A stretch of DNA of 64,000 bases, taken from contig AP024596.1 of the NCBI GenBank assembly GCA_019704295.1, forward strand, positions 1,280,001-1,344,000, written 5' to 3'. Source of the DNA: Sulfolobales archaeon HS-7 (GTDB taxonomy: Archaea; Thermoproteota; Thermoprotei_A; Sulfolobales; Sulfolobaceae). Below the pieces are notes generated by a model. The model was not told the DNA's origin. It ran no database searches and saw only the letters and a program-made list of their open reading frames with translations. This document shows, in pieces, positions 11,753 through 22,660 of this stretch. The position numbers and the translations under genes are program-made. Position 1 is the first letter of the stretch. The number at the start of each line of letters is the position of its first letter.

Positions 11753-12261
11753 CTTGAAGTCGCCCCTTACGTCTAGATTTGGCATTGGAAGGCTAACTTT
11801 CAATTTCCCCCTATGCACGAATATGAAAAGGAAAGTGAGGAATGACTCTCTATTTCCTCCTCCACGCGCGTTTTCACCCTCTTACCATCCTTGCACAAGA
11901 CGGGTAATTTCACGCTAACGTAAAACGTTGTAGATCTTCCTCTATTCTCCGTTAACAGCACGATGCCCTTGAGGAAGCGGAAACTAGAGTGTCCTTTCCT
12001 CTTAACCCCCTCTTCCCTACTTTAGACTTATCTCCTCCTCAAGGGCTTTTCTTCTCCTCGACCGATTTGTTTGATAACGTGTTCTGCGGAAGGTGGATTA
12101 ACTAAAAGGTAATACTACACTCGGTGATACTTGGTAATTCAGGTTGTTCCATGGTATTATCTCCGGCTCGTCTCCTATTTGATATTACCAATCTACAATG
12201 AATTAGTTAATTTCCAACTGATAAAATAAAGTTAATTTGCAATGAGCGCGTGAACGACCCC
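11753..12261 (-). mobile_element. IS family C remnant (end related to the 160-bp MITE)
   Basis: Inverse homolog of 47835-48411. The terminus gcaatgagcgcgtgaacgacccc matches MITE C ends. Confidence 0.65.
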
Positions 12262-12373
12262 ACGGGTAATACATAATGTGATTGGTCAAAATTTTTGTAT
12301 TATTCTGAAGTGGTCCGTGATACACAGTATTAAGAAATATTTATATAAAACTAAGAACATAATATTATTTAGA

Positions 12374-15300
12374 ATGGATGATGTAATAGGCTTAATAGGA
12401 TTAGTCTTTGTCATAATAGTTTTAATTGGCGTTGGGTATTTATATGTATATTACAACCAACAAATAGAACAGTCCTATGAGAACTCTCTTATTGCTGAGG
12501 CCGAAGCAATGCAACAAGTGGGCTCCACTTTTGGTAATGGGACAATAGCCTATTACCAAAACCAAGGTAATGAGCCGATAGAGATAGTAGGGGTTATATA
12601 CTTTCCTGCAGGTTACAAACAGCCTTACGTTATAGACTTTAATTTCTCCGTCTCTAATTTACCCTTTTTTGCTAGTCCGTCCCTCCTAAAATACTATAAT
12701 TCATCCCTCGTAGAAGTTTACCCCGTTCCCAAGGGGAGCGAGTTCGAAGTTGTTACTAATGGAGAGGTAGGACTTGGCGGAGTATGGCTTGACCCTGGAC
12801 AAATAATTGGCGTTCCCTATGCATCTGGTGCAGTAGGATTTATAACGAATCTTGAGAGCACGTTTTACTATCCCTCCTATCCAATGTCTTACAAGCAAAA
12901 TGTCTCTCAACAGATTTCGGAATATGTAAACAATACAATTAACTCTATAAAAGCCGGTGCGTCTCAGGTTGCATCTCAAAATGAGGGAAAATCTCCACTA
13001 ATGTTAACCGTAAATGCAAACGGTATTTGTGTCTACGTTGATACTGCATCTGGGCTAGCGTATAAAACAACTGGAACTTTAGTAATTCCCCTAGTTCGAA
13101 ACACTACAGTATATATTGCGGCGTTAGGCGGAAACGAGTTGAGCTTTTCCTCATGGTCAGTTTCACCGTCCATAAGCAAGTTTAATGACAACAACCCAGC
13201 TAATATGTTCAACATAACGCAGAGCGAAACTATTACGGCGGAATCTACAAGTTTAAACACTAGTGAGTTTAACACTGGTAAGGATACGATAATTCCGGTA
13301 AGCGTAGATTTCCCTCACCCGGGTTTCCCGGCTGAAACAGCTGGGTATGCTGTTGTTAACAATAAGGTAACTATATCTAAGGATACCACGTTTGAAATAT
13401 CGAATCTCTCATGTATTCCCGTGTATGTTAATTCCTTTCCGTGGGCAACGAGCGGAAAAGCGCCTCGCATTGTTAATCAACAAATAATACCAAAGTGGGT
13501 AAGTCTAATAAGATATGTAAAGTGCGTCATAGACAAAGTTACTTATGAAGTTCCCGTATACAAAGTAGTCGAATGGGATTTCAGAACGTTGTGTGTAAGT
13601 TCGCCGGGTAATTATCAGTTGGGTTACGTTGGATGCACTATCGGTCCTCCTGTGAATGATGCGCCAAGTGCAATATACGAATACTACATAGACCAATTCA
13701 ATGTTCAAATTAACGTTGAATTCCCATACACAATATACTTATCCTATTACGTTAACATGCAAAATGGAAGTTTAGTCGGAGTAAATGGTTTCTCATACTC
13801 GAACTACACCGCAAACAACTTGTATACATGTAACGGGTGTCCAAATTACTACGTACCTAATACCGAGTACTTTAACCAAACCGGACTACTCCTACCGAAT
13901 ACTAGCGGAATATGGGCTTCGATAAAACCCACTAATGTTCAGGGAATAGAACAGTTAATATCCTATGCTCTTGCCCCAGGTTATTATAAGAATTTCACGA
14001 TATTAACGTCTGGGAACTTTTTGTCAAGTGTTACCGACGAGGTTACTGAGGAACAGTCGATAATTTGGATGCGGCCGTTAATTACTGTGCTAATAAATAG
14101 TCCTAATGATTCATTGCTAGAGGCAGGGTTTGTTAACGGGCAGTCAGGCAGTAACTCAACTGAGATCGTAAATCCGGGACAGATTGGGGCAGCCGTGGTC
14201 CCGTTTGGTTTTCAGTTAAACGTCTCAGCGAACTCCTGGGTTCAAAGTATAACATTCAATAAATGGAATATAGAGGGTATATACTTAAGCGGTAACATTC
14301 CGACGAGCAGTATACAGTATGTGAATCAAAAATTACAATCTCTTTACTCGTATTTAATCTCAAATATGAATAAAATTTGCTATTTTGGTAAATACAATAA
14401 TTTACTCACTTACTACAATAATAATATTCAAAACCTAAATAACACAGTAACCACCTCCAAATTAATAGGATTCGCGTCGTTACCGGTATTCAATTCCGGT
14501 ATGGTTGAAGCACTTTACAACGGAGGATATAACATAACATTAGTAATAGCGAACACGTTAGGAGGTACGTCGTTTGTAACTGACGGCATTGAAAACTTCC
14601 AAGTTGTTACCAATTACCAATTTGTCGCACCTGCAAACACAATGGTGCTTATTGTACCGGAAAGCATCACTACTTACTTCTTCTCAAACATTACAGGAAA
14701 CATAACAGAGGCAATGGGAAATGATCATTTATGTCTGTTAAACAGTTCGGGAGAGAATGAACCAGAGGTAGGTTCGCCTCCAACTTACTACTACCCGTTC
14801 CAAACATTTATATTAACTAAATCATACGGCGTTACAGAAAACTTCGTTAATTTACCCCCAAGGGTAGATCTAACTCCACTCTCCATGAAGATAACGGGAG
14901 TTGGCCAATTTAATATAACGGAATATGTTGATGACCAATTTGGTGGTTACAACTTCACGTATTCAGCTGGTACACCCTCGTCTACATCTCAATCTACGAT
15001 AACAGTAAAATATCCAGCAGGTTCCATAGTCTATATAAATGGCACGGGTGAAGTAACTTCCCAACCTCCTAATAATAAAATAACTATATGTTACCAACGG
15101 GGAGAAAACTCTCCTCAGGTATTATTTAACTCTCCAGATTTGGGCAGTAATAAACAGATCATTAATATGACTTATGTTTTTTCCGCTGCAGTTTACAACG
15201 TTATAATGGACAACGGGACATGGGAAGACGTGGCAATAGTATTGAATCCTTTGGTATATGCTATTGCCCATGTACATATAACTCCTTCAATATGGGACTG

Positions 15301-16684
15301 GTTAGCTTTCATAGCAGGAGTAGCAATTAATATAGTATTAATGGTATTGACTGCAGGGACGGATGAGGGGGGAATTGCGGGATTAACGGCGTTTCGAAGT
15401 GTTGATGATTTTATTCAGGCATTTGACAATGCTTTCGGTATAACAGCACTGAAAGATCTCGCATCAGATATAGGGGACGCAATCGCTGGAGATGCAGCAG
15501 ATAGTGTTTCGGACGTAATGGATAACATTTTAAGTGATCTCAGGGAATTTGTAAGTAAACCTCTTTTCAGTTTAGCGGGACAACTAGTAGAGATAGCTGG
15601 ATTAGCACTTCACAATAATATACTGATAGATATAGGAGATATAATGGTATTTATCAATTTTATAACCGGTATTTTAAACCTTAAGAAGATTATTCAGGAT
15701 ATAGGTGATTTTATAGACGAGGCCAGGACTGGAATCGGTAATATTATTAAAGATTTGAAAGGAATATCATCTAACCTGCAAGAGTTTCAAGAGGAGAGTA
15801 CTAAAATGGAGTACTTAATGAACGGTATATACTATTTAAATAATGGAATTGCTAAGATACAGGATGCACTTCATGATGCTGATTTCTTAGATTACGGTAC
15901 GGGAGTGGATGTACTTAAATGTCTCAATAACGCCAAGAGTGCATTTGAGGAAGCATTTCAGGGAGCAGACGTTCTTAATACACAGGGTCTGGACGACGCG
16001 ATTAATACGCTTAATGATATTCTAAATCATGGAGGAGGGCCAGCATCAACAATTGATCTACCTGAATTGGCTTCAGTTCTTAGTTCATCTAGGGACATAC
16101 TCGCTGAAACAGAGTACGCTGCATATGGAAACTTGATCAATATAGCGCGAAATCTAGTTGATATGGGGCAACAAATCTATTCGATATTATCTGAAGGCAT
16201 GGAAGTGTGGAACAATATAAAAGAGTTGGAGTACATACACGACTTCATAAATGCTGTAGAAAATGGGCAACCATTTGTAGTGTCTCAGTTATATATTAGA
16301 AATGGAGACAAATCAAATCAACTTTCGTTAACCATATCCTCTGTAACAATCGGAAATAAAACGTGTTATACTGTAAAAGGAACCGGAGGAAAAATTAATG
16401 CGAGTATACGTTTTAATACTCAAGGCGATTACAACATTGAGGTATGGGCGCAGACTCCCTCAATAAACTCTGGGAGTAAATCACTAATTTTCATTCCTTA
16501 CGGAGGTAAGATAACGAGCCCCTACAACCTACTAGACTCGTTCTTTAACGGATTAACGCTAAACATAGTTGCAGCTTACCAAATGTTCCAAGGTCAAACT
16601 AAGGTTATGCCAATACAAGTAACAATATTTGAGTACTCGAGTAATCAAATAAGTAATACTGGAGGATTCATAATTAACTATTAA
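12374..16684 (+). CDS. Giant (1436 aa) pilin-headed surface protein with beta-rich stalk, internal hydrophobic/amphipathic helical domain and C-terminal beta domain
   Basis: MDDVIGLIGLVFVIIVLIG helix plus pilin-head motifs (QNQGNEPIEIVGV, LDPGQ, FITNLESTF). Sequon-rich stalk with FxxW motifs of InlB-B-repeat type. Helical region at 15287-16272. Start moved from 12278 to the ATG at 12374, with TTTATATA at 12340. Confidence 0.85.
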   Translation: MDDVIGLIGLVFVIIVLIGVGYLYVYYNQQIEQSYENSLIAEAEAMQQVGSTFGNGTIAYYQNQGNEPIEIVGVIYFPAGYKQPYVIDFNFSVSNLPFFASPSLLKYYNSSLVEVYPVPKGSEFEVVTNGEVGLGGVWLDPGQIIGVPYASGAVGFITNLESTFYYPSYPMSYKQNVSQQISEYVNNTINSIKAGASQVASQNEGKSPLMLTVNANGICVYVDTASGLAYKTTGTLVIPLVRNTTVYIAALGGNELSFSSWSVSPSISKFNDNNPANMFNITQSETITAESTSLNTSEFNTGKDTIIPVSVDFPHPGFPAETAGYAVVNNKVTISKDTTFEISNLSCIPVYVNSFPWATSGKAPRIVNQQIIPKWVSLIRYVKCVIDKVTYEVPVYKVVEWDFRTLCVSSPGNYQLGYVGCTIGPPVNDAPSAIYEYYIDQFNVQINVEFPYTIYLSYYVNMQNGSLVGVNGFSYSNYTANNLYTCNGCPNYYVPNTEYFNQTGLLLPNTSGIWASIKPTNVQGIEQLISYALAPGYYKNFTILTSGNFLSSVTDEVTEEQSIIWMRPLITVLINSPNDSLLEAGFVNGQSGSNSTEIVNPGQIGAAVVPFGFQLNVSANSWVQSITFNKWNIEGIYLSGNIPTSSIQYVNQKLQSLYSYLISNMNKICYFGKYNNLLTYYNNNIQNLNNTVTTSKLIGFASLPVFNSGMVEALYNGGYNITLVIANTLGGTSFVTDGIENFQVVTNYQFVAPANTMVLIVPESITTYFFSNITGNITEAMGNDHLCLLNSSGENEPEVGSPPTYYYPFQTFILTKSYGVTENFVNLPPRVDLTPLSMKITGVGQFNITEYVDDQFGGYNFTYSAGTPSSTSQSTITVKYPAGSIVYINGTGEVTSQPPNNKITICYQRGENSPQVLFNSPDLGSNKQIINMTYVFSAAVYNVIMDNGTWEDVAIVLNPLVYAIAHVHITPSIWDWLAFIAGVAINIVLMVLTAGTDEGGIAGLTAFRSVDDFIQAFDNAFGITALKDLASDIGDAIAGDAADSVSDVMDNILSDLREFVSKPLFSLAGQLVEIAGLALHNNILIDIGDIMVFINFITGILNLKKIIQDIGDFIDEARTGIGNIIKDLKGISSNLQEFQEESTKMEYLMNGIYYLNNGIAKIQDALHDADFLDYGTGVDVLKCLNNAKSAFEEAFQGADVLNTQGLDDAINTLNDILNHGGGPASTIDLPELASVLSSSRDILAETEYAAYGNLINIARNLVDMGQQIYSILSEGMEVWNNIKELEYIHDFINAVENGQPFVVSQLYIRNGDKSNQLSLTISSVTIGNKTCYTVKGTGGKINASIRFNTQGDYNIEVWAQTPSINSGSKSLIFIPYGGKITSPYNLLDSFFNGLTLNIVAAYQMFQGQTKVMPIQVTIFEYSSNQISNTGGFIINY

Positions 16685-16785
16685 ATTATTTAAAATTTTT
16701 TGTATTATTTTATATATCGATTAAGTTATATTGCCAGTGATCTTTATAACTTTTAAGGTAAGTTCGTTAGGTTTTAAATTCCTTA

Positions 16786-18155
16786 CAGTCTTATTCTACA
16801 AAAAATCTCAAAATTATAAGATATTATTGGGATAAATTGTACATAGAAATATAGGATTAAGTGAACTTAGAATGCGTTATAATATGATATGTTTAGTCAA
16901 AATCTGGTGTATTTTACAAGTTAGCGCTAGGTATCACGAGAAGTTCTAAATTTATCCTACGAGTTCAAAGCGAGATATGTAGTGAAACCCCCCTGGCTTA
17001 AAAAAGCTTAAAGGAGATTGGCGAGCTAATCAAACGGTAGGAACTTTTCTCCTGGTACCTCAAAATTAAACGAGAGTAAAAGGTGTAAGTAGTGTTGAGG
17101 AGTGCGTAGATCAGGTAGAGCTTGCTGTACAAACTGCCTATGAGTTCTATCCTAGCTATCCTTCTCCTAAAGCCCTTCTCGACACCTCAATCTGTAGGTC
17201 TCCACTAGGCTATAAGAATCTTTCTTAATGTTCTATATGAGAACGAAGTGCATTGGTTTCCCCCCATGTTTCACGTAAATCACGTCGTAATAGCAAGGTC
17301 CCTTGTGCTCTATCACCCTGTAGGCAACGTAAGTCTTGTCCTTAACCCTGTAGTACTTCACGGCAAGGAGCTGGGCAAAAAGCTCCTTGGCTCCCTTTAA
17401 GTTGCTCCTTCCGTTAATCACAATGTTCGCCGAAAAATCCTTGAGAATCTCGAGGTTAAGGAATCAAGCGTCTGCAACAACGTAGCTTATGCTGACGTGC
17501 TGTACAGTTTTGTTGACGAACTCTTAAGGAAATTCAGAGGGCTTTTATCCCTTCTAGCCGTGAATTGGGTTACCGCGTTACACCTCACAGGGGATAAGAG
17601 ATCTGCAGATCTAAGCATGGTCTATCCCGAGAAGAGTTTGTCTCCTACTCTTTCCGCCTCCTTCTCACCCACGCCTAGGGAGGTCTTGTCGAATTACAAC
17701 ACGATCTCCTTACTCACGAAAATTGAACACAGGACCCAGAACTTAAAGGTTCTACCCAGGAGTTCCCCTAATTTTTTCCATGTCTAATAAGAGATATGTA
17801 ATCCTTTCCTCTTTTTCCCAAGGGGGGATTTAATTTTCCTGATGATATCACGGGGGTTAGAGGAAATCGTATTAAGCACATCCTCTACTATTAGCGAGGG
17901 ACTTATCCCTCATCCTGTTTTCCCTCATACTGAGATTTCGGAGGTCCCTCGCTTAACTTCCACGTCCACATTTCTACTCTCTCGATAATACACATGGTAT
18001 TACTATACATGTAAAATCTAGGTTACACATCCTTCTCTGAGATCATTGTAGATTCTCTCCTCAGTTAAAATTTAGCTAATTTCTACTCTCCTGGACGAAA
18101 TTTTCTCATGTTTCAGAAATTTTCCATTTTTAGTAAAAGTGGTAAAATACGACCG
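16786..18155 (-). mobile_element. IS family A, degenerate full-length copy
   Basis: Collinear with 50161-51563, with eroded TIRs (cagtcttattcta...; ...aaaatacgaccg) and a fragmented transposase. Confidence 0.85.
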
Positions 18156-18682
18156 TATTACCATTAAATTGTTATGATTGTCTTTTCTTACTGAAAAATC
18201 TTTCATAGGGGAAATATGCAGCAGTGTATAATGTGTAATTAATATAATTAATTATATAAACTAAAAAGTTGTAAACCGCGTTAGTATTAATCGAATTCAT
18301 TTAATTATAAGAGAAACATTATAAAATCAGTTTATTATCATTAATAGGAAGCGATAAAACTTTTTTAGGGGTAAGTTAAGTCTCCCTTCATAAATTCTAT
18401 TTAGTTAAAAGGTTTTAACTTAAAAGCTCACTTATTTTACCCGCCTTTCTCACAAATCACAATTGATAAATAGCACCTTAAATGTTTCGGTAACAACCCG
18501 CACTGTTATATTGATTCATAAATATAGTAATACGCAGTCTTTACCATTAACCTTTTTTCTCTCGTTCTCTTCCTTAAAAGATATTCAATCATAGGGAGAA
18601 GTCGTATTAAGTCCGCTGGTGGAAGAGAGTTGCTGCATCACCTGTCAAAAATTATTTATAGTGCATGTACTTACTTTTAATT

Positions 18683-20338
18683 ATGAAAAACGTATTAAAG
18701 TATCTCATTTTACTAATATTACTATTTGAGATCATACCTCTTTTCCATACTACTGCAGCCCATTCCCAGGTACAATCTTTTGGCGATATTTACGGGGTGT
18801 TACTCACTTCGATTAGTTCACCACAAGCTCAGTTTACCATGCTAAATGTACAGAGCGGTATAACATATCCTGGAAACGATACGGCAAATATCACGCATGA
18901 AAACCTACTATTGAACTTCTCCTCTTACAAGTACTTTTCTGGGACTATTAGCGTGTCCATTACAAACAATTATGAGTTTAACATTTACTCTCAGATCCCG
19001 CAGCTCTTGGACGTAATTCTCGAAAGTGATGCAGGAACCTACGTAATCTGGGCAGGTTTCAGTAATTCAACGGTTAAGGCAACAGGCTACGGCTATTTAA
19101 ACCGGACTGGGATCTTGGTTTTTCAATACCTTAACGGTTCTAATCTCGTTAACGTAACGTTTAATGTAAGACCCTCCTATAACACGTCAATTAACACGGC
19201 CCTGCAGTTGAAAGTCGCGTTGATAACAGGGAATGTTACCAGTGGGATTTCTTCCTTCCCGTTCTTTCCTCCTCCAATGAGGTATTCCCCAGTAAGCTTA
19301 GAGTACGGTCCTCCACTTCCGAATTTCTTAACGAATTACACTATTCAATACTCTGTATTAAATGGCGAACTTTATCCAGTGATGATATGGACTTACAATA
19401 GGACAACGCAAGAGGGTAATGTGCCTACAATTAATGACATCATCAATATGGAGTTTTTCGGGCAACAAGGAACCGTTAAAGCCTATTTGCAATCATTCGC
19501 AAGACTCTCGTCAGAGTTAAGTTCCCAATATTCATCTGTGGCAATATATTACAGACAGGAGATATTCGGACTCCAGATCTTTGGTAAATCCGGGGGAGGG
19601 ACTCCATTACCTATAACAGAAGTGGGAGGTGCTCCTGTTCTAGTAACTTATAATTCCTCAAACAACTCATTTGACTCCTCAGCATACATAGATGCGGAAT
19701 TTCCCGTGATTTTACAAACCCAAGGCGTAATTTTAGCACTTCAAGTTAATTCGTCAATAGGTTTCTACTTATATTACGAAAATACGGGACATAATGTCAC
19801 TCCGGACATTATAACCTCTACTTCTAATACTACGGTTAACTTGAATGGAAAGCAGTACGTTGCGGAAGAAATTAACGTTGAATCAAGTAGCTTATATTCT
19901 ATATTTAATGTCACAGCGCCGACGGGAGTTTATAGCATTTATGTTCAAACGTTGTCGGGATTAGTGCAGGTCAATCCCTCAAACTATTTCATCTTCGAAG
20001 GTAGACTTTTCGTGTTTTCTGACCCTTCGTCCACCTACTATATTGTGTACTCCATTGCTCCTTCGAATACCTCAACTACATCATCCTCATCTTCTACCAC
20101 AACGTCGAGTCCTACCTCAACTACATCCTTAAGTCAGACTACCCAATCGAGTTCGGCATCTACAACAACTTCCACTGGAACAACGTCCTCAACCTCAATT
20201 CAACAGACATCCACATTAATTCAGCATACTTTACCTATATCATTGTCAAAAGGTGGAAATCCAACAATTTACATTTTAATAGTCATTATTGTAATAGTAA
20301 TGATAGGAGTTGTCCTACTTCTTAGAAGCAGAAGATAG
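18683..20338 (+). CDS. Membrane-anchored surface glycoprotein with S/T-rich stalk
   Basis: Signal peptide, many sequons, long S/T run, C-terminal TM plus RSRR. TATA at about 18655 favours the ATG at 18683 over 18665. Confidence 0.85.
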   Translation: MKNVLKYLILLILLFEIIPLFHTTAAHSQVQSFGDIYGVLLTSISSPQAQFTMLNVQSGITYPGNDTANITHENLLLNFSSYKYFSGTISVSITNNYEFNIYSQIPQLLDVILESDAGTYVIWAGFSNSTVKATGYGYLNRTGILVFQYLNGSNLVNVTFNVRPSYNTSINTALQLKVALITGNVTSGISSFPFFPPPMRYSPVSLEYGPPLPNFLTNYTIQYSVLNGELYPVMIWTYNRTTQEGNVPTINDIINMEFFGQQGTVKAYLQSFARLSSELSSQYSSVAIYYRQEIFGLQIFGKSGGGTPLPITEVGGAPVLVTYNSSNNSFDSSAYIDAEFPVILQTQGVILALQVNSSIGFYLYYENTGHNVTPDIITSTSNTTVNLNGKQYVAEEINVESSSLYSIFNVTAPTGVYSIYVQTLSGLVQVNPSNYFIFEGRLFVFSDPSSTYYIVYSIAPSNTSTTSSSSSTTTSSPTSTTSLSQTTQSSSASTTTSTGTTSSTSIQQTSTLIQHTLPISLSKGGNPTIYILIVIIVIVMIGVVLLLRSRR

Positions 20339-20561
20339 AGTACCTTAAGCTAGTGAGTTTTTTCTCCAATGTGTTTGCAATAGTGTGCTCTGGAAATTGT
20401 GTGACGTTTTGATCAACTCAACGCTGAAATGAGGTGTGATAAGAGATCACTGTCTGATAGAATCAAAAGTTTCTTAAAAAGTGGAGTAAGGTTAATTATA
20501 ATTTTTCCATAATTATTTAAGAAAGAATAGCTTTTTATTCTTCTCATGTTAACGTAATCGC

Positions 20562-21725
20562 ATGCAGGTTAGGGAACACATAAGGGTTCTAACTTTACTA
20601 ATCATCTGCCTATTTATTTGTACGATAGCGTGTTCAAGTGTAATTAGTTTATCAAGCAATTATACTATTGCAACTATTCAGGATAGTCAAAACGCTCACC
20701 CTACATGTGTTGTCTACGATCCTCAAAACAACGAGATCTACGTTACGAACTCAGGGGATAATGAGGTTTTAGTAATAAACGCTTCTGATAATAAGGTCCT
20801 AGGAGTTATTTATACAGGGCAATGTCCATACGGCGTTCTATACGATCCTCAAAACAACGAGATCTACGTTACGAACTCGTTCTCTAACACCGTATCTGTA
20901 ATAAACGCTTCCGATAATAAGGTAGTGTACACGATAAAGGTAGATCAGTGCCCTCGCGGCATAGCCTACGATCCTCAAAACAACGAGATCTACGTTACGA
21001 ACTCGTTCTCTAACACCGTATCTGTAATAAACGCTTCCGATAATAAGGTAGTGTACACGATAAAGGTAGATCAGTGCCCTCGCGGCATAGCCTACGATCC
21101 TCAAACAGGAATTGTCTATATAGCCTACTACTTTACGGATCACTTGGCATATATGAGTTCCATGACCTACGAGGTTAAGGGGAATATGACTGTAGGTAGG
21201 GGTCCGTTTGCGTTAGCTTTCGTATCAGGAGAGATCTACGTTACGAACTCGTTCTCTAACACCGTATCTGTAATAAACGCTTCCGATAATAAGGTAGTGT
21301 ACACGATAAAGGTAGATCAGTGCCCTCGCGGCATAGCCTATGATCCTCAAACTGGAGAACTTTACGTAGCTAACTACGGGAGTAATACGTTATCCGTGAT
21401 AAACACATCTAATAATGAAGTTATTGAGGAGATATCCGAGAAGTCTCCTTTTGGAATTTCATATGATCCTCAAACTGGAGAACTTTACGTAGCTAACTAC
21501 GGGAGTAACACGATATCCGTAATTAAAATAACAGGTGCAGTGCTTAATAAGACACAAGCACAAGAAACGAGGACGACCACTTATCATAGTTTACAGGTAG
21601 CTAATGGTAACTACTCGAGCGTAAACCCTCACAAAAGTGTAGTTAGAGGTAATATAGTGATTTTATTTATTGGAATAGTGATTTCAAGTATAGTTATACT
21701 CCTATTGATTAGGAAATGGAGGTAA
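20562..21725 (+). CDS. YVTN/YncE-type beta-propeller surface protein
   Basis: Repeats of YDPQNNEIYVTNSxSNTVSVIN, signal peptide, C-terminal TM plus RKWR. Confidence 0.92.
   Translation: MQVREHIRVLTLLIICLFICTIACSSVISLSSNYTIATIQDSQNAHPTCVVYDPQNNEIYVTNSGDNEVLVINASDNKVLGVIYTGQCPYGVLYDPQNNEIYVTNSFSNTVSVINASDNKVVYTIKVDQCPRGIAYDPQNNEIYVTNSFSNTVSVINASDNKVVYTIKVDQCPRGIAYDPQTGIVYIAYYFTDHLAYMSSMTYEVKGNMTVGRGPFALAFVSGEIYVTNSFSNTVSVINASDNKVVYTIKVDQCPRGIAYDPQTGELYVANYGSNTLSVINTSNNEVIEEISEKSPFGISYDPQTGELYVANYGSNTISVIKITGAVLNKTQAQETRTTTYHSLQVANGNYSSVNPHKSVVRGNIVILFIGIVISSIVILLLIRKWR
20841..21105 (+). repeat. Exact 126-bp intragenic tandem repeat (one propeller blade)
   Basis: 20841-20966 equals 20967-21092. 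A further copy of most of the unit lies at about 21229-21339. Confidence 0.9.
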
Positions 21726-22660
21726 ATAAAAATCTTAGCCTTTTTATTTTTAAAATATTAAAAGTTAGATTATAGAAATAATGTCTGGACGCACTTTCTT
21801 TCGTTTTTCTGGTCTCTCTATATCTTAAAGGAAGGGTTTACCGCTTTATGAAAGTTTTTATCTTTATAAAGGTTCAAGCGAAGACCCTATCCATGATGGT
21901 TAGTCTCATTACATGAAAACGTAAATATGATATACACCTCTCAAGCACGCTCATAAATGGATTAAGCGTCGTCAAGACCCTTAAGCGAGGGTCTGTGAGG
22001 TATGCCTCCTTTCCGATCAGCAATTTCGTACCGAACAAAGTCGCTATGTTCATCATGGAAGTGAAACCATCAGGGGTTGTAGAACCCTCTAGGCACGACG
22101 GAGGGGTAGGAAATCGCTAAATGGAGAGATATCCGTCTTGTTAGGGAAGAGATCGCCGAAGATCGTCTCATTCTATTTCGTAGACTTTAATACCTCAAAG
22201 CGTTATTTTCTTGAGTTAGCGAATTGCATAATATTTAACATAAGCCGTTCAATTCTAGAAATAATTGATTACTTTCACTTTATCCCATGTGATCTACCCA
22301 GCCCTATGGATTTCGCTTTCCAATGTGATCAAGGGATCTGCAGATACTAAGGACAATCCGTGTTCTTCTTCACGTTCAGCGTACTCTACACAGCACTGTT
22401 GATCAGAGTAGATTTCTCAATAATAATTACGACTCGGGTGTTTGTCACTGCGTAAATTGCCGTAACTAACATACTTAATTTAACCTATATTTGTAAAGAA
22501 GAGGTAATCCCATGCTTTTTTCGCGTTAAGGCGAAAATCAAAAAGTGACAGAATATACCTTAGAGCCCTATGAAAAAATTTCTTAAATCTTTAATACTAC
22601 AGAGAAAATCCAGGTTTAGTTGATGATAACTTTATATATCACTGTATGGAAATTTCCATA

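Noticed and set aside
12278-12373. N-terminal extension of the giant ORF as a class III leader
   Set aside because: It starts at a GTG next to an IS end, spans the TATA box, and has no K/R-G/A cleavage motif.
15287-16272. Phage tape-measure or provirus interpretation of the helical region
   Set aside because: No integrase, capsid, packaging or replication genes nearby, and the region is embedded in a pilin-headed exported protein.
20715-21520. Regularly spaced direct repeats resembling a CRISPR array
   Set aside because: The units are in-frame 126-bp coding repeats with no unique spacers, and no cas genes are present.
21850-22480. Possible decayed gene or IS relic (EYAEREEEHG on the minus strand)
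   Set aside because: Too fragmentary to assign without a search.
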